64,000 bases of DNA. Source: Bryobacterales bacterium (GTDB lineage: Bacteria > Acidobacteriota > Terriglobia > Bryobacterales > UBA6623). This document shows, piece by piece, positions 46,289 to 56,600 of this stretch. Location: positions 5,435-69,434 of the forward strand of contig JAJEHF010000140.1 of NCBI GenBank assembly GCA_022823865.1, read 5' to 3'. The notes under the pieces are model-generated. The model had not been told where the DNA came from. It worked only from the letters and a program-made list of their open reading frames with translations, and searched no databases. The translations under genes were made by a program, and so were the position numbers. Positions within the stretch are counted from its first letter, which is position 1; each line of letters opens with the position of its first letter.

Positions 46289-47229
46289 GGCCGGATCGTC
46301 GCGAGTTCCTAGCCCTGGTTGCGGCATCTGGGTGCGCCTGCGGGACCCGGGATGCATTGATGCCGCGGGATTCACATGCCGAGCCTTCCAGCAGATTCCA
46401 GCTGGCGATCTGCAATGAGACGTTTCAAGGCTGGGACTTTGCGGCAGCCTGCCGGGGAGCGATCGAGACCGGCTACACCGGCATCGAGATCGCGCCGTTC
46501 ACGCTGTCTGACGACCCGGCATCGATTGCCGCGGACGTGCGCCGAGAGTGTCGGGACATTCTCGGCTCGGAGGGGCTGGGGTACGTTGGGTTGCACAGCC
46601 TGTTGACCGTCCCGGCCGGGGAACTGCACATCACCACCCCGAACGGCGCAATCCGGAATCGCAGTTGGGAGTACTTCCGCAGGCTGATTGACCTGTGCGC
46701 GGATCTGGGCGATGCCGGGATGATGATCCTCGGATCCGGCAGGCAGCGTCGCGCGGTCGAGGGCTCCTCCGTCGAGGATGCGACCAAACGACTGCGGGAC
46801 GGCCTTGCATCGGTGGCCGGGCATGCGGCTGATCGGGGCGTCACGATCCTGCCCGAGACTCTCGCGCCGCATTTGTGCGACGTTCTCACGTCCCTGCACG
46901 AGACGGTGCAGCTTGTTCGGGAGATCAATCATCCCGCCGTTCAGACGATGTTCGACACTCACAACGCGGTGGCCGAGACGACGCCGCACGACCGACTGAT
47001 CGAGGACTACGCGGACTTGATCCGGCACGTCCACATCAACGAAATGGACGGCCGTCATCCGGGCACAGGGACGTACGATTTTTCTGTCCCCCTGCAGGCC
47101 CTCAAGGACATCGGCTACGACGGATGGCTCTCGCTTGAGGTGTTTCGGTTCGAACCGAGCGGCGAGGAGATTGCGAGGATTTCCAGCCGGTACCTTCGCG
47201 AAATCGAGGCCAGTTTGAGCAACTCCTGA
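46285..47229 (+). CDS. Sugar phosphate isomerase/epimerase (xylose isomerase-like TIM barrel), Tat-like leader
   Basis: The ATG overlaps the upstream stop (ATGA at 46285-46288). MRPDRREFLALVAASG leader. ...GYTGIEIAPF..., ...HINEMDGRHPGTG... and ...GYDGWLSLEVF are typical of this fold. Confidence 0.8.
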   Translation: MRPDRREFLALVAASGCACGTRDALMPRDSHAEPSSRFQLAICNETFQGWDFAAACRGAIETGYTGIEIAPFTLSDDPASIAADVRRECRDILGSEGLGYVGLHSLLTVPAGELHITTPNGAIRNRSWEYFRRLIDLCADLGDAGMMILGSGRQRRAVEGSSVEDATKRLRDGLASVAGHAADRGVTILPETLAPHLCDVLTSLHETVQLVREINHPAVQTMFDTHNAVAETTPHDRLIEDYADLIRHVHINEMDGRHPGTGTYDFSVPLQALKDIGYDGWLSLEVFRFEPSGEEIARISSRYLREIEASLSNS

Positions 47230-47574
47230 TCGCAGTGCGGGGACCCGCGCGCGGAGGTCGGTGAGCAACCCACTTGCGGGCGAGCCGGCACCGTCTCCGT
47301 GCTGGATGGCCGAATTCAGAGAAGGGGCGCGCGGGCGGCAACCGCCCCCACCCGCTGTCGGCGGCGACCCACAAGGACGAGGAAGCGTCGGAGCGCCCGG
47401 CTCCAGACGCCCCCGTGACGGCAAGCCTGACGCAGCGGCGAGTCAAGCAGCGGTTCTCCCGTGCGCTTGCCTCTTCGGGGCGACAGGAGTATGCTTGCGG
47501 TGGTTCCGGCGCTGCCTGGTGCGATTGCCGCAAGCGGGCAGTGGACGGCAGGGATCGACACGAGGAAGGAAACC

Positions 47575-48858
47575 ATGCAGGAAATGACCCGGCGGGAGGT
47601 AGTCGGAGCGACACTGACCGGCCTCGCGATCCGGTCCAGAGCCCAGTCTCCGAATGAGGAAATCGTGCTGTCCGTGATCGGCGTGGGAGGTATGGGCCAC
47701 GGCCACGTCGAGCGTGCGCTCACTAGGAGCGATGTCCGCATCGCATCGATTTGCGACGTCGACCAAGCCAATGCCGAACGGGCTGGGCAGACCGTCAACA
47801 AGAATCGAGGCAACACGCCCGAGCTCGTCGAGGACTTCCGCCAAGTCTTGGACGACAAGCAAGTCGACGCGGTTGTCGTGGCGACGCCTCACCACTGGCA
47901 TGCGCCAATCGCAGTCCGGGCAATGCAGGCGGGCAAGGACGTCTATCTTGAGAAACCCGCGAGTCATGTCTTCCGCGAGGGCAGACTGCTGGTGGACGCC
48001 GCCAAGAAGTACGGCCGGATCGTGCAGCACGGGACCCAGATGCGGTCGAGCGAGGTCACCAAGCGGGCTGACGAACTGCTTCGCCAAGGGATCATCGGCG
48101 AAGTCAAGATGTCCAAGGCTTGGAACTGCCAGCGCCACACCCACCGCCAGCCGGTTCCCGACGCGTCCGTCCCGCCAGGGGTGAACTATGACCTGTGGGT
48201 GGGGCCCGCTCCCTTCGATGGCACGTTCAATCCAAATCGGTACAACCGCAACTGGAACTGGTACCGGGCGTTCGGTAACGGCGACATAGGCGGCGACGGA
48301 CCCCACGACATCGACCTCGCCCGCTGGGGCCTCGGCGTCGAGACGCATCCCGTCCGCATCACGGCTCACGGCAGCCGGGTCGACCTGGAGGGCATCCGCG
48401 AGTTCCCGGACAACATGCTCGTTGCATACCACTACGCCGAGGGCAAGGTGCTGATGTACGAGGACCGAGGCTGGACCCCGTACGGACTCCACGGGTTTGA
48501 CAGCGGGAACGCGTTCTACGGCACTGACGGGTACATGATCTTCTCGCGCCGGGGCTATTTCCAGGTGTATCTCGGCAAGGACGAGACCAAGGGCCCGGGC
48601 ATGGCCGGCGGGCCGACTGGCCATCCGGAGCACTTCTACAACTTCCTGGACTGCGTCAAGAGTCGGGAGCAGCCGGTGGCCAATGCCGAGGTCGCCCACC
48701 TGTCGTGCGGCCTCGTGCATCTCGGAGAGATTGCCTACCGGGCCGGTCGCGTGCTTCACTTCGATCCCAATCGGGAATCGTTTGTCGATGACCCGGAAGC
48801 GGACAAACTCCTGACCAAGAGTTACAGGAGCCCTTGGGAGATCCCGGACCCGGTCTAA
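47575..48858 (+). CDS. Gfo/Idh/MocA-family oxidoreductase, Tat-exported
   Basis: The start was moved to ATG 47575, with AGGAAGGA just upstream. MQEMTRREVVGATLTGLAI leader. It has VIGVGGMGHGH and EKP motifs. It is a paralogue of 30846-32114. Confidence 0.85.
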   Translation: MQEMTRREVVGATLTGLAIRSRAQSPNEEIVLSVIGVGGMGHGHVERALTRSDVRIASICDVDQANAERAGQTVNKNRGNTPELVEDFRQVLDDKQVDAVVVATPHHWHAPIAVRAMQAGKDVYLEKPASHVFREGRLLVDAAKKYGRIVQHGTQMRSSEVTKRADELLRQGIIGEVKMSKAWNCQRHTHRQPVPDASVPPGVNYDLWVGPAPFDGTFNPNRYNRNWNWYRAFGNGDIGGDGPHDIDLARWGLGVETHPVRITAHGSRVDLEGIREFPDNMLVAYHYAEGKVLMYEDRGWTPYGLHGFDSGNAFYGTDGYMIFSRRGYFQVYLGKDETKGPGMAGGPTGHPEHFYNFLDCVKSREQPVANAEVAHLSCGLVHLGEIAYRAGRVLHFDPNRESFVDDPEADKLLTKSYRSPWEIPDPV

Positions 48859-49320
48859 CGGCCACGGACGCAGTGCTTGCCTTCGCCTCCCGGCGAGTGC
48901 ATCGCGGAGACGAGACCCGCCGCCCGTTCCTGTGTCCACTGCCCTAGACGGCCCTTGACAGCGATGCCAGCTGGGCGCCGATGGGCGGGCTCAATAGCCG
49001 TAGCCAAGGGTGCTGCGCCAAACCGGCAGGTCGAACGACTCAAGCGCGCCGATCGCGGAGCAAGGGCCCCAACCACTTCGCGCAGGTCGCTTATCGGGCC
49101 GCAACGGCGCAGCGTGCGTCATAGCTGCTACGTTCCGCGTGGCTTCCGCGGTCCCGCCGCCCGAGCGGCCGGTCCTCTCGCGGCAGGTCCGGACTCGACC
49201 GGGAGATTCAATCCCGAACGCGCCCGAGGCCCGCGTATGGCGATGCTAGGCTCGAGCACGTGACCTAGTTGGCGAGCAAGGCTGTCTGCCTGTCGCCTCC
49301 CTCCGCGCCAGCTCGAGCGG

Positions 49321-50754
49321 CTAAGCCAAGGCCTGGGATATAACCGTCCCGCCGACGTCGGTCAGCCGGAAATCCCGGCCCATGTGCCTATAGGTGAGGC
49401 GCTCATGGTCGAGCCCCAGCGCGTGCAAGATGGTCGCTTGCAGGTCATGCACATGAACGGGATGCTCCTCGATGCCCAGACCGAGCTCGTCGGTCTTGCC
49501 TATGACCTGACCGCCGCGAACTCCCCCGCCGGCCATCCAGACGCTGAAACACTTGGCATGGTGATCCCTTCCCGCCGCTTCGTCGACCCGTTCCAACTGC
49601 CCCATGGGCGTACGTCCGAATTCGCCACCCCAGACGACGAGCGTCGAGTCCAGCAAGCCGCGTTGCCTCAGATCCTTTAGCAAGGCCCCCGCCGGCTGGT
49701 CGGTGATCGCGCAGTTGTTGCCGAGTTTCCTGTCGATCTCTTGGTGATCGTCCCAGCTGGCATGCACGAGCATCACGAAGCGGACGCCCTTCTCGACCAT
49801 TCTTCTGGCCAGCAGGCAGTTTGTGGCGTATGGATGAGTGGGCTCTTTGCCGACGCCGTACATGTCCAGCGTCGATTGGGACTCCTCGCTGAAGTCGAGC
49901 AAGTCCGGGGCTGCCGCTTGCATGCGGAACGCGAGTTCATACGACTGGATCCGCGAAGCGATCTCGGAGTCGGCGGTCAGCGCATGGCGCTCTTGATTCA
50001 GCTTGCGAATGGCGTCGAGACGTGCCCGTTGCGTCCGCTCGCTGACGCCGGGAGGGTTCTCGAGGAACAGGATCGGCTCTCCGGTGTTGCGAAAGACCAC
50101 CCCTTGGTAGGTTGAGTCTAGGAATCCGTTGGACCAGTTGCTGGAACCCCCGCTCGATCCCCGCCCGGAGCTGAGCACGACGAACGCGGGCAGGCTTTCG
50201 GACTCGCTTCCCAAGCCGTAGGAAACCCACGAGCCGACGGTCGGGCGCCCGAGCTGGGTGCTTCCGCTCATCAGCAGCGACTGGCCCGGATGGTGGTTGA
50301 ACGCCTCGGTGTGCATCGAGCGCAGCAGGCAGATATCGTCGGCGCGCGAAGCAACGTGCGGAATGTAATCCGAGAACTCGGTTCCGCTCTCGCCATGGCG
50401 CCGGAACACCCGCGGGCTGGCAAGCACCTTTGCGCTCGGCTTGACGAACGCCAAGCTGAGATCCTTCGTCATGGACTCGGGCAGCGGCTGGCCATGCCAG
50501 CGCTGCAAGGCGGGCTTGGGATCGTACAGGTCGATCTGGCTGGGCGCGCCCGCCATGAGCAGGAAAATCACGTTCTTCGCGCTCGCCTCGAAGTGCGCGG
50601 CTCTCGGTGCGAGCGGACCGGCAGGGCCGGGCGCGGCGAGCGCATTGGAGTAGCCCGCCGACAAGACCGCCAAAGCGGCCGCGTCGATACCACCTGCGCA
50701 GTAGCGGAAGAAGTGTCGCCGGGTCGAAATGTCGCGGTACTCGGAGAGATCCAT
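49321..50754 (-). CDS. DUF1501 domain protein (Tat-exported)
   Basis: The start was moved to ATG 50754 (MDLSEYRDISTRRHFFRYCAGG...). It lies 20 nt after the DUF1553 stop. It aligns by eye along its whole length with 40778-42235. Confidence 0.85.
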   Translation of the reverse strand: MDLSEYRDISTRRHFFRYCAGGIDAAALAVLSAGYSNALAAPGPAGPLAPRAAHFEASAKNVIFLLMAGAPSQIDLYDPKPALQRWHGQPLPESMTKDLSLAFVKPSAKVLASPRVFRRHGESGTEFSDYIPHVASRADDICLLRSMHTEAFNHHPGQSLLMSGSTQLGRPTVGSWVSYGLGSESESLPAFVVLSSGRGSSGGSSNWSNGFLDSTYQGVVFRNTGEPILFLENPPGVSERTQRARLDAIRKLNQERHALTADSEIASRIQSYELAFRMQAAAPDLLDFSEESQSTLDMYGVGKEPTHPYATNCLLARRMVEKGVRFVMLVHASWDDHQEIDRKLGNNCAITDQPAGALLKDLRQRGLLDSTLVVWGGEFGRTPMGQLERVDEAAGRDHHAKCFSVWMAGGGVRGGQVIGKTDELGLGIEEHPVHVHDLQATILHALGLDHERLTYRHMGRDFRLTDVGGTVISQALA

Positions 50755-50774
50755 GGTTGCCCCCTCGGTCGCGG

Positions 50775-53384
50775 CTACTCGCGAGTGATGAATTCGTCCA
50801 GATTCAGCAACACGCTTGCAACGCCTGTCCATGCCGCTGCCTGGGCCGCATCCAGTCCGGGCATTTCGAGCGGCATGAATTCGGCCGCCAGCACGGGTTC
50901 CGAATCGAAAATGGCCTTCTGTTCCGAGTAGTACTGCTTCAGATGCCGCAACTCGGCGGCGGTCGGCACACGGGAGAGGCATGACCGGAAGGCCGCTCGG
51001 ATGGAGTCGTCGAAGACGTTACGACCCGCTGCCAGGCTCTGCACCGCCAGGGCCCGCGCAGCTTCGACGAACGTAGAATCGTTGAGCAGGTTCAATGCTT
51101 GAAGCGGGGTGTTGGACCTCTCGCGAGCGCAGCGGGCGGCAGTTCTGTCCGGCATGTCGAAGTTGACGAGCTGGGGATAGGGGGCCGTGCGCTGCAGGAA
51201 CGTGTACAGTCCCCGCCTGTAGCCATCCGCACCGCGGCTGGCTTCCCACTTGACGGATCCCGCGTAGGCCAAGTCCGCGACTCCCGGCGGCTGCGCGGGG
51301 CGCACGCTGGGGCCGCCGATCCTAGTGTCCAGCAGCCCGCTGGCCGCCAAGGCCACGTCGCGCACCAGTTCGGCGGGAAGGCGCAGGCGGCGTTGCCGGG
51401 CGAGCAGTTCGTTCTCCGGATCCATATCCTCGACGTCCGGCCGGCTATCCGATGATTGCCGGTAGGTGGCGGACATCACGATGGCCTTGTGCAGGCCTTT
51501 CAGGCTCCAGCCCGAGCCGATGAACTCCGCCGCCAGCCAGTCCAGCAGGGCGGGATGCGTGGGTCCGGGGCTGCGGGTTCCGAAGTCATCGGCGGTCGTC
51601 ACGATCCCGCGCCCGAAAAACTCTTGCCACACGCGGTTGGTGATGACCCGGGCGGTGAGCGGGTTCTCACGCGAGACTAGCCATTCGGCGAGCGCCAGCC
51701 GCGGGTGCTTGCCCTGCTGCGCAAGCGGCGGAAGAACGCCGGGAGTGCCGGGTTCGACTGGCACGCCGAGAGCGTCCCAGCCGCCGCGCAGGTGGATATG
51801 CGTGCGACGGGCGGGACTTGTGTCTGCGATCGCGCGGGCATAGGTGAGATCTGGCGTTTCGGCGCGCATGCGCAAGAGCTGCTCGCGCAAGCCCACCCAG
51901 TCCAGCTCCTTCCACAGCTCCTTCGAGATGACCCGGTGGTAGTTCTTGATGAAATGGTCCTCGAGCTTGAGCTGTTCTCGGTCGGTGCGCTCCGACCGCT
52001 GCTTCCTGACGATGCCCTCTCCGTTGTCCAGGTACTTTTGCACGGCGTCCAGCGCATGGTCCCAATCGGTCCACTTGCCCGGGTTATCAGCGGCCTCGAC
52101 CATCTTGGTTTCCCAAGCCGGCAGCAGCTCGTAGACGCGGTTCGCTTCGAGGAGCTCGCGACGGCGTTTCAGGTACTCCGGAAGCGCCTGCAGGTAAGGG
52201 CCGATTTCCCCCGGCATCGGAGCGGCGATCTCCGCCTCTTCGACCGAGTTGAAGAAGGCGAAGAAGCGATAGTACTCTTCTTGCGAGATGGGATCGTACT
52301 TGTGGTCGTGGCACTGGGCGCAGCCGACCGTCAGTCCGAGCCAAACCGTGCCGACCGTGTTCGCCCGGTCCACGGTCTCCTCGAACCGAAACTGCTCTAG
52401 CTTCACTCCTCCCTCGCGGTTCTTGAGGCCGTTGCGGTGGAATCCAGTCGCGACCTGCTGGTCCACGCTCGGATCCGGCAGCACGTCTCCGGCGATTTGC
52501 TCGATCGTAAACCGGTCAAAAGGCATGTCGTCATTGAGGGCGTCGATCACCCATTGACGCCAGCGCCACGCGTACGGCCTCTCGTTGTCCTTCTCATATC
52601 CATCCGAGTCGGCGTACCGGGCGAGGTCTAGCCACTGGGTCGCCCAGCGCTCGCCGTAGTGGGGCGATTCCAGGAGCTTATCCACGAAACGCTCGTACGC
52701 CGCGGGACTGGGATCGCCCAGATAGGCGTCAATAGCGCGGGGGGAAGGCGGCAGCCCGGTCAAGTCGAGGCTGACCCGCCGGATCAACGTGGCACGGCTC
52801 GCCGGCGCGGCAGGCTCGACGCCCTCCCGTTCCAGCCTGGCCAGAACGAAGCTGTCGATGGGGCTCCGCACCCACGACACGCGTCGAACGGCGGGTGGGT
52901 CTGGCTTGGCGATCGGTCGGAACGCCCAGTGGCCTGACCCCGGCGGATCCGCCCTCGCGCTCTTCGCATCAGCCTCCGTTGCGGGCCAGTGGGCACCTTC
53001 ATCGATCCAAGCGCCGATCAGTCTGACCTCATCGGAGGACAGGCGATCCCCGAACGGGGGCATGACCAGATCGCCCTCGCCGCCCGAGATCAGCCGCACG
53101 AGCCGGCTTGTCGAGCTGCTTCCGGGCACGATCACCGGGCCGGAGTAGCCCCCCTTGAGAGCCGCCGCGCCATGGTCGAGGCGCAGCCCGCTTTGCTGCT
53201 GCGCCGCACCATGGCACGCCTGGCAACGATTCTCCAAGATCGGGGCGATCTGTCGCGCGAAGTCTACGCGTGCCGGGGCGCCGGCTCGGGATCCCGTTTG
53301 CTGGGCCGATCCCAGCTGAGCTAGCAGCGACGCAATGAGCACGCCGAGGCAGCGTGCAATTCCTGGCGATGGGAGCGGAACCAT
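50775..53384 (-). CDS. PSCyt1 + DUF1549 + DUF1553 protein
   Basis: Signal peptide, then heme motif CQACH followed by ...SGLRLD, ...WLDLARYADSDGY... and ...GCAQCHDHKYDP.... The C-terminus is ...LLNLDEFITRE. It is a paralogue of 42250-44844. Confidence 0.85.
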   Translation of the reverse strand: MVPLPSPGIARCLGVLIASLLAQLGSAQQTGSRAGAPARVDFARQIAPILENRCQACHGAAQQQSGLRLDHGAAALKGGYSGPVIVPGSSSTSRLVRLISGGEGDLVMPPFGDRLSSDEVRLIGAWIDEGAHWPATEADAKSARADPPGSGHWAFRPIAKPDPPAVRRVSWVRSPIDSFVLARLEREGVEPAAPASRATLIRRVSLDLTGLPPSPRAIDAYLGDPSPAAYERFVDKLLESPHYGERWATQWLDLARYADSDGYEKDNERPYAWRWRQWVIDALNDDMPFDRFTIEQIAGDVLPDPSVDQQVATGFHRNGLKNREGGVKLEQFRFEETVDRANTVGTVWLGLTVGCAQCHDHKYDPISQEEYYRFFAFFNSVEEAEIAAPMPGEIGPYLQALPEYLKRRRELLEANRVYELLPAWETKMVEAADNPGKWTDWDHALDAVQKYLDNGEGIVRKQRSERTDREQLKLEDHFIKNYHRVISKELWKELDWVGLREQLLRMRAETPDLTYARAIADTSPARRTHIHLRGGWDALGVPVEPGTPGVLPPLAQQGKHPRLALAEWLVSRENPLTARVITNRVWQEFFGRGIVTTADDFGTRSPGPTHPALLDWLAAEFIGSGWSLKGLHKAIVMSATYRQSSDSRPDVEDMDPENELLARQRRLRLPAELVRDVALAASGLLDTRIGGPSVRPAQPPGVADLAYAGSVKWEASRGADGYRRGLYTFLQRTAPYPQLVNFDMPDRTAARCARERSNTPLQALNLLNDSTFVEAARALAVQSLAAGRNVFDDSIRAAFRSCLSRVPTAAELRHLKQYYSEQKAIFDSEPVLAAEFMPLEMPGLDAAQAAAWTGVASVLLNLDEFITRE

Positions 53385-53622
53385 CCTTCTCTGGGCTCAG
53401 GCCCCTGAGCGGGATTCGACCTCCTGCCAGAATTGCCGGAGCGTATTGTTATCGTACACTCGCAGCCCTTGCAGGCGGCAGCGTTTCTTTAGGCGAGTGT
53501 CGCTGCCGCCCGTCGGCACTTCCGCACAGCGACGCAAGCTTGGCTCGCGAACTGGCCTACTGATTAGCTCGGCCAGCCGGGAGGGAGCGGGCGAAGCCGC
53601 AGGTCACCGGCAATCAAAGTCC

Positions 53623-53646
53623 GGGGCCGGCCCGCGGGCCGGCCCC
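53623..53646 (-). terminator. Perfect GC hairpin downstream of the second TBDR gene (putative intrinsic terminator)
   Basis: GGGGCCGGCC-CGCG-GGCCGGCCCC is a 10-bp perfect stem lying 22 nt after the stop at 53668-53670. On the transcribed (minus) strand it is followed by GGACTTTGATTG, which is moderately T-rich. Confidence 0.55.
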
Positions 53647-53667
53647 ACGCGATGCTTGTCGCGAATC

Positions 53668-56600
53668 CTAGAACGAGTACCGAATCATGAGCTGCACCCG
53701 GCGCGGCGGCGCCACGCTGTTCAGGAGGCCGAACGTGCCGGAGCGAGCGTTCTGGTTCACCCTAGTGAAGTTCACGACGTCGAACAGGTTGAAGAAGTCG
53801 ATCCGGAGTTGGAGCCGCTGTCCCTCGCCCGGGGTGATGTTCTTCTGCAGCGAGAGGTCGAGGTTCCGGAACCCGGGTCCGTACAGGGCCCTTCGCGAAA
53901 GGTTGCCTGGCCGGATGTTCACGCCCTTGTCGTCGGTCGGCGGCAGGGCGAACGCTTCGCGATCCAAGTACTGGCGCTGGTTCGGGCCCCAGTTGCCCAT
54001 GATGGCCTGCGCGTGTGTGGTGAGGATGTCTGGACGAGCGCCCGGGTTCGTGCTGGTGCTGCTGCTCACCGGAATCGTGAAGCCCGAACGGAACTCGAGG
54101 ATCCCGCCGACCGTCCAGCCGCCCGCCAGGTGCTTCGCCGTGCCCTGCAGGTTCTTGCCGGGCAACTCCCAGAAGAAGTCCGTCGTCATGCGATGGCGGA
54201 TGTGGTACGACGTGGGACCGCGGTTAGGCCGCAGATTGAATTCGTCCTGCGGGTTCTCGCTGCGACCGCAGCACGTCATGTCACCCCGGAAGTGCGAGAA
54301 ATTCCAGCCGTACGTGTAGTTGATGTTGTACTGGAAGCTGTCCGCAAACCGACGCTTGAGCGATGTCTGCAGGCTGTGGTAGCCCGTCGAGTCCGCGTTC
54401 ATGTAGTGGCGGAACTGGGCGAAATTGCCCTCCAGGCCCATTACGTGGCTGCGGCGCTGCCCTCCGGTGTTGGCCACGACCCGATTGAAGTCCGGGCTGT
54501 AGATCATTCGCACGCCGTGGTTGCCCACGTAGCCGATCTCAAAGACAGTCGACCTGTCCAGCTGCTGCTGGATGCCCAGCGAGTACTGCAGGCTGTAGGG
54601 CGGACGCCGGGCGGGATCGACCGAGCTGCCCGAGATGACCCCGCTGGACTGGGCGCCCGCCAGCGCGGCCTCGTTCGGGTCTCCGTACTCCAGCCCCAAT
54701 GTCCTGACCTGGGCTTCGGAGGCCGTCAACTCGACCGGGGCGTCCGGGCCGTTCGTCAGAATCTCGATCGCGCCCGAGAACATGTTGTTCGGCATGAAGA
54801 ACACGCCCGTACCGCCCCGAATCACCGTCTTGCCGGCGTCGTCCAAGGTGTAGGCAAAGCTGAGCCTTGGCGAGAACATCCGGTTATAGGCGTCCCAAGC
54901 GCTATCGGCGGGCCGGAACAGGGCGCTCTGGTTCGCCAGAGAGGCACCCGGCTGTCCAAACGGCCCGTCCCGGTTGAAGACGTTGTTAGAGATTCCGTCC
55001 ACTTGGTTGGATCGCACGACCGAAGCGTAATCCCATCGAGCTCCGAGGTTCAGCATGAACTTCGGGGTCAGTCGAATGTCGTCCTGCACGAAGCCGCCCA
55101 CGAACCAGCGTGTCCAGAGAAACTTCTCCAGCGGGAAGACGAATCGAGCCGACGTGATGTTGTTGGCAAGGAGGTCCGCCTGGGTCTCGTACACGTAGAC
55201 GGGTGACTCCTCGTTCACTCTGGTTCCGCTCATGTAGCGGTACATCCCGCCGAACTTCAAGGAGTGCTTCCCGGCGGTCTTGGCGAAGTTTTGCGTCAGG
55301 GTCGATGTGTGGCCGTCCTTGGCAAAGACTTCGGCACCCGGCTCCGAGGGATTGCCGAAGCCCCTCAGGAACGGGATCTTGTCCGCTGCGAACGCGACAT
55401 CGAGCCTGTTGATCGCGTTGACGTTGGTGCCCCAGCGAGTCTCGGACGTCATCGTGTTGCTGATGACCCTGGTCCACGTGGCGGAACCGTTGTGATTCTG
55501 GCCGTCCCACTGGCGGCCGTTGCCGAGCATCGTGCGCGGAATCCGGCGGAGCGGCCTCCCGCCGACATAGCGGAAGGTCAGGAAGTCTTTGCCGGAGGCG
55601 TTCCAGTCGACCTTGCCGACGAAATGGTCGTCGGTGCGCCGCTCGTCCCCTTGGCCGGCCCAGAACGATGTGGGCGACAAGCACGGCGTGTTCACTGGCA
55701 GATCCCCGCACGCGGGGTCGCTCGGGTCCAGGTTGGGTCCATCCGGCTCGGTCGGCTCGGGCCAAAGCGCAAGATAGGCCCCGGCACCTGGAACTGCCTG
55801 TTGGATCCTCGCCCGCATGCCGCTCGACCATACGTCTCCGGGCACCGGAGTCTTGCCCCCGAAGCGGTAGCCCTCGAACGTGACGAAGTAGAACAGCTCG
55901 TCCTTCTTGATCGGGCCGCCCAGCGATCCCCCGTACTGGTGATACACCAAGGGAGCCTTCTGTCCGACTAGGAAGTTGTTCGCATGGAGGCCGCCGGACT
56001 GGTACATCTCGAAGAGACTGCCGTGCAAGGCGTTGGTGCCGCTCTTGCTGATCAGATTGACGTTGCCCGCGATCGTGTGGCTTGTCTCGGCTGAGAAAAT
56101 GTTCTTCGAGGTTTCGACCTCCTGCACCGCTTCGACGCTGATGCCCTTGATGAAGTTGAAGTTCTGATACAGTGCCATTCCCGCGAATTCGGCATCTGGC
56201 ACGGCGTCCACGGCGTCCACGGTCATCGTGAACCCCCGCGGCGCGAGGCCGTTGATCGACAGCGTCCAGCCCCCGTCCGTCAGCGAAGCACCCGTTCCCA
56301 ACGTCAGGATGCCAGTGATGTCCCGGTTGATCATCGGCAACTCCGAAACCTGGTTCTGGTTCAGCGAGATGTCCTGTTCCGCATTCACGGTGTTCATCAG
56401 CGGTGCCTCGGATGTCACCGTCACCGTCTCGGTTGTCGCGCCAAGTTCGAGTCCGTAGTCGCGATTGTGGCGCTGGCCGGACGCTAGTGTCAGACCGGTC
56501 TCGAGGTATGACTTGAATCCGTCAGCGGTGATGGCGAGTGAGTACCTGCCCGCGGGGAGGAATGCGATTGTGAACTCGCCGCCCGATCCGGTCACGGTGG

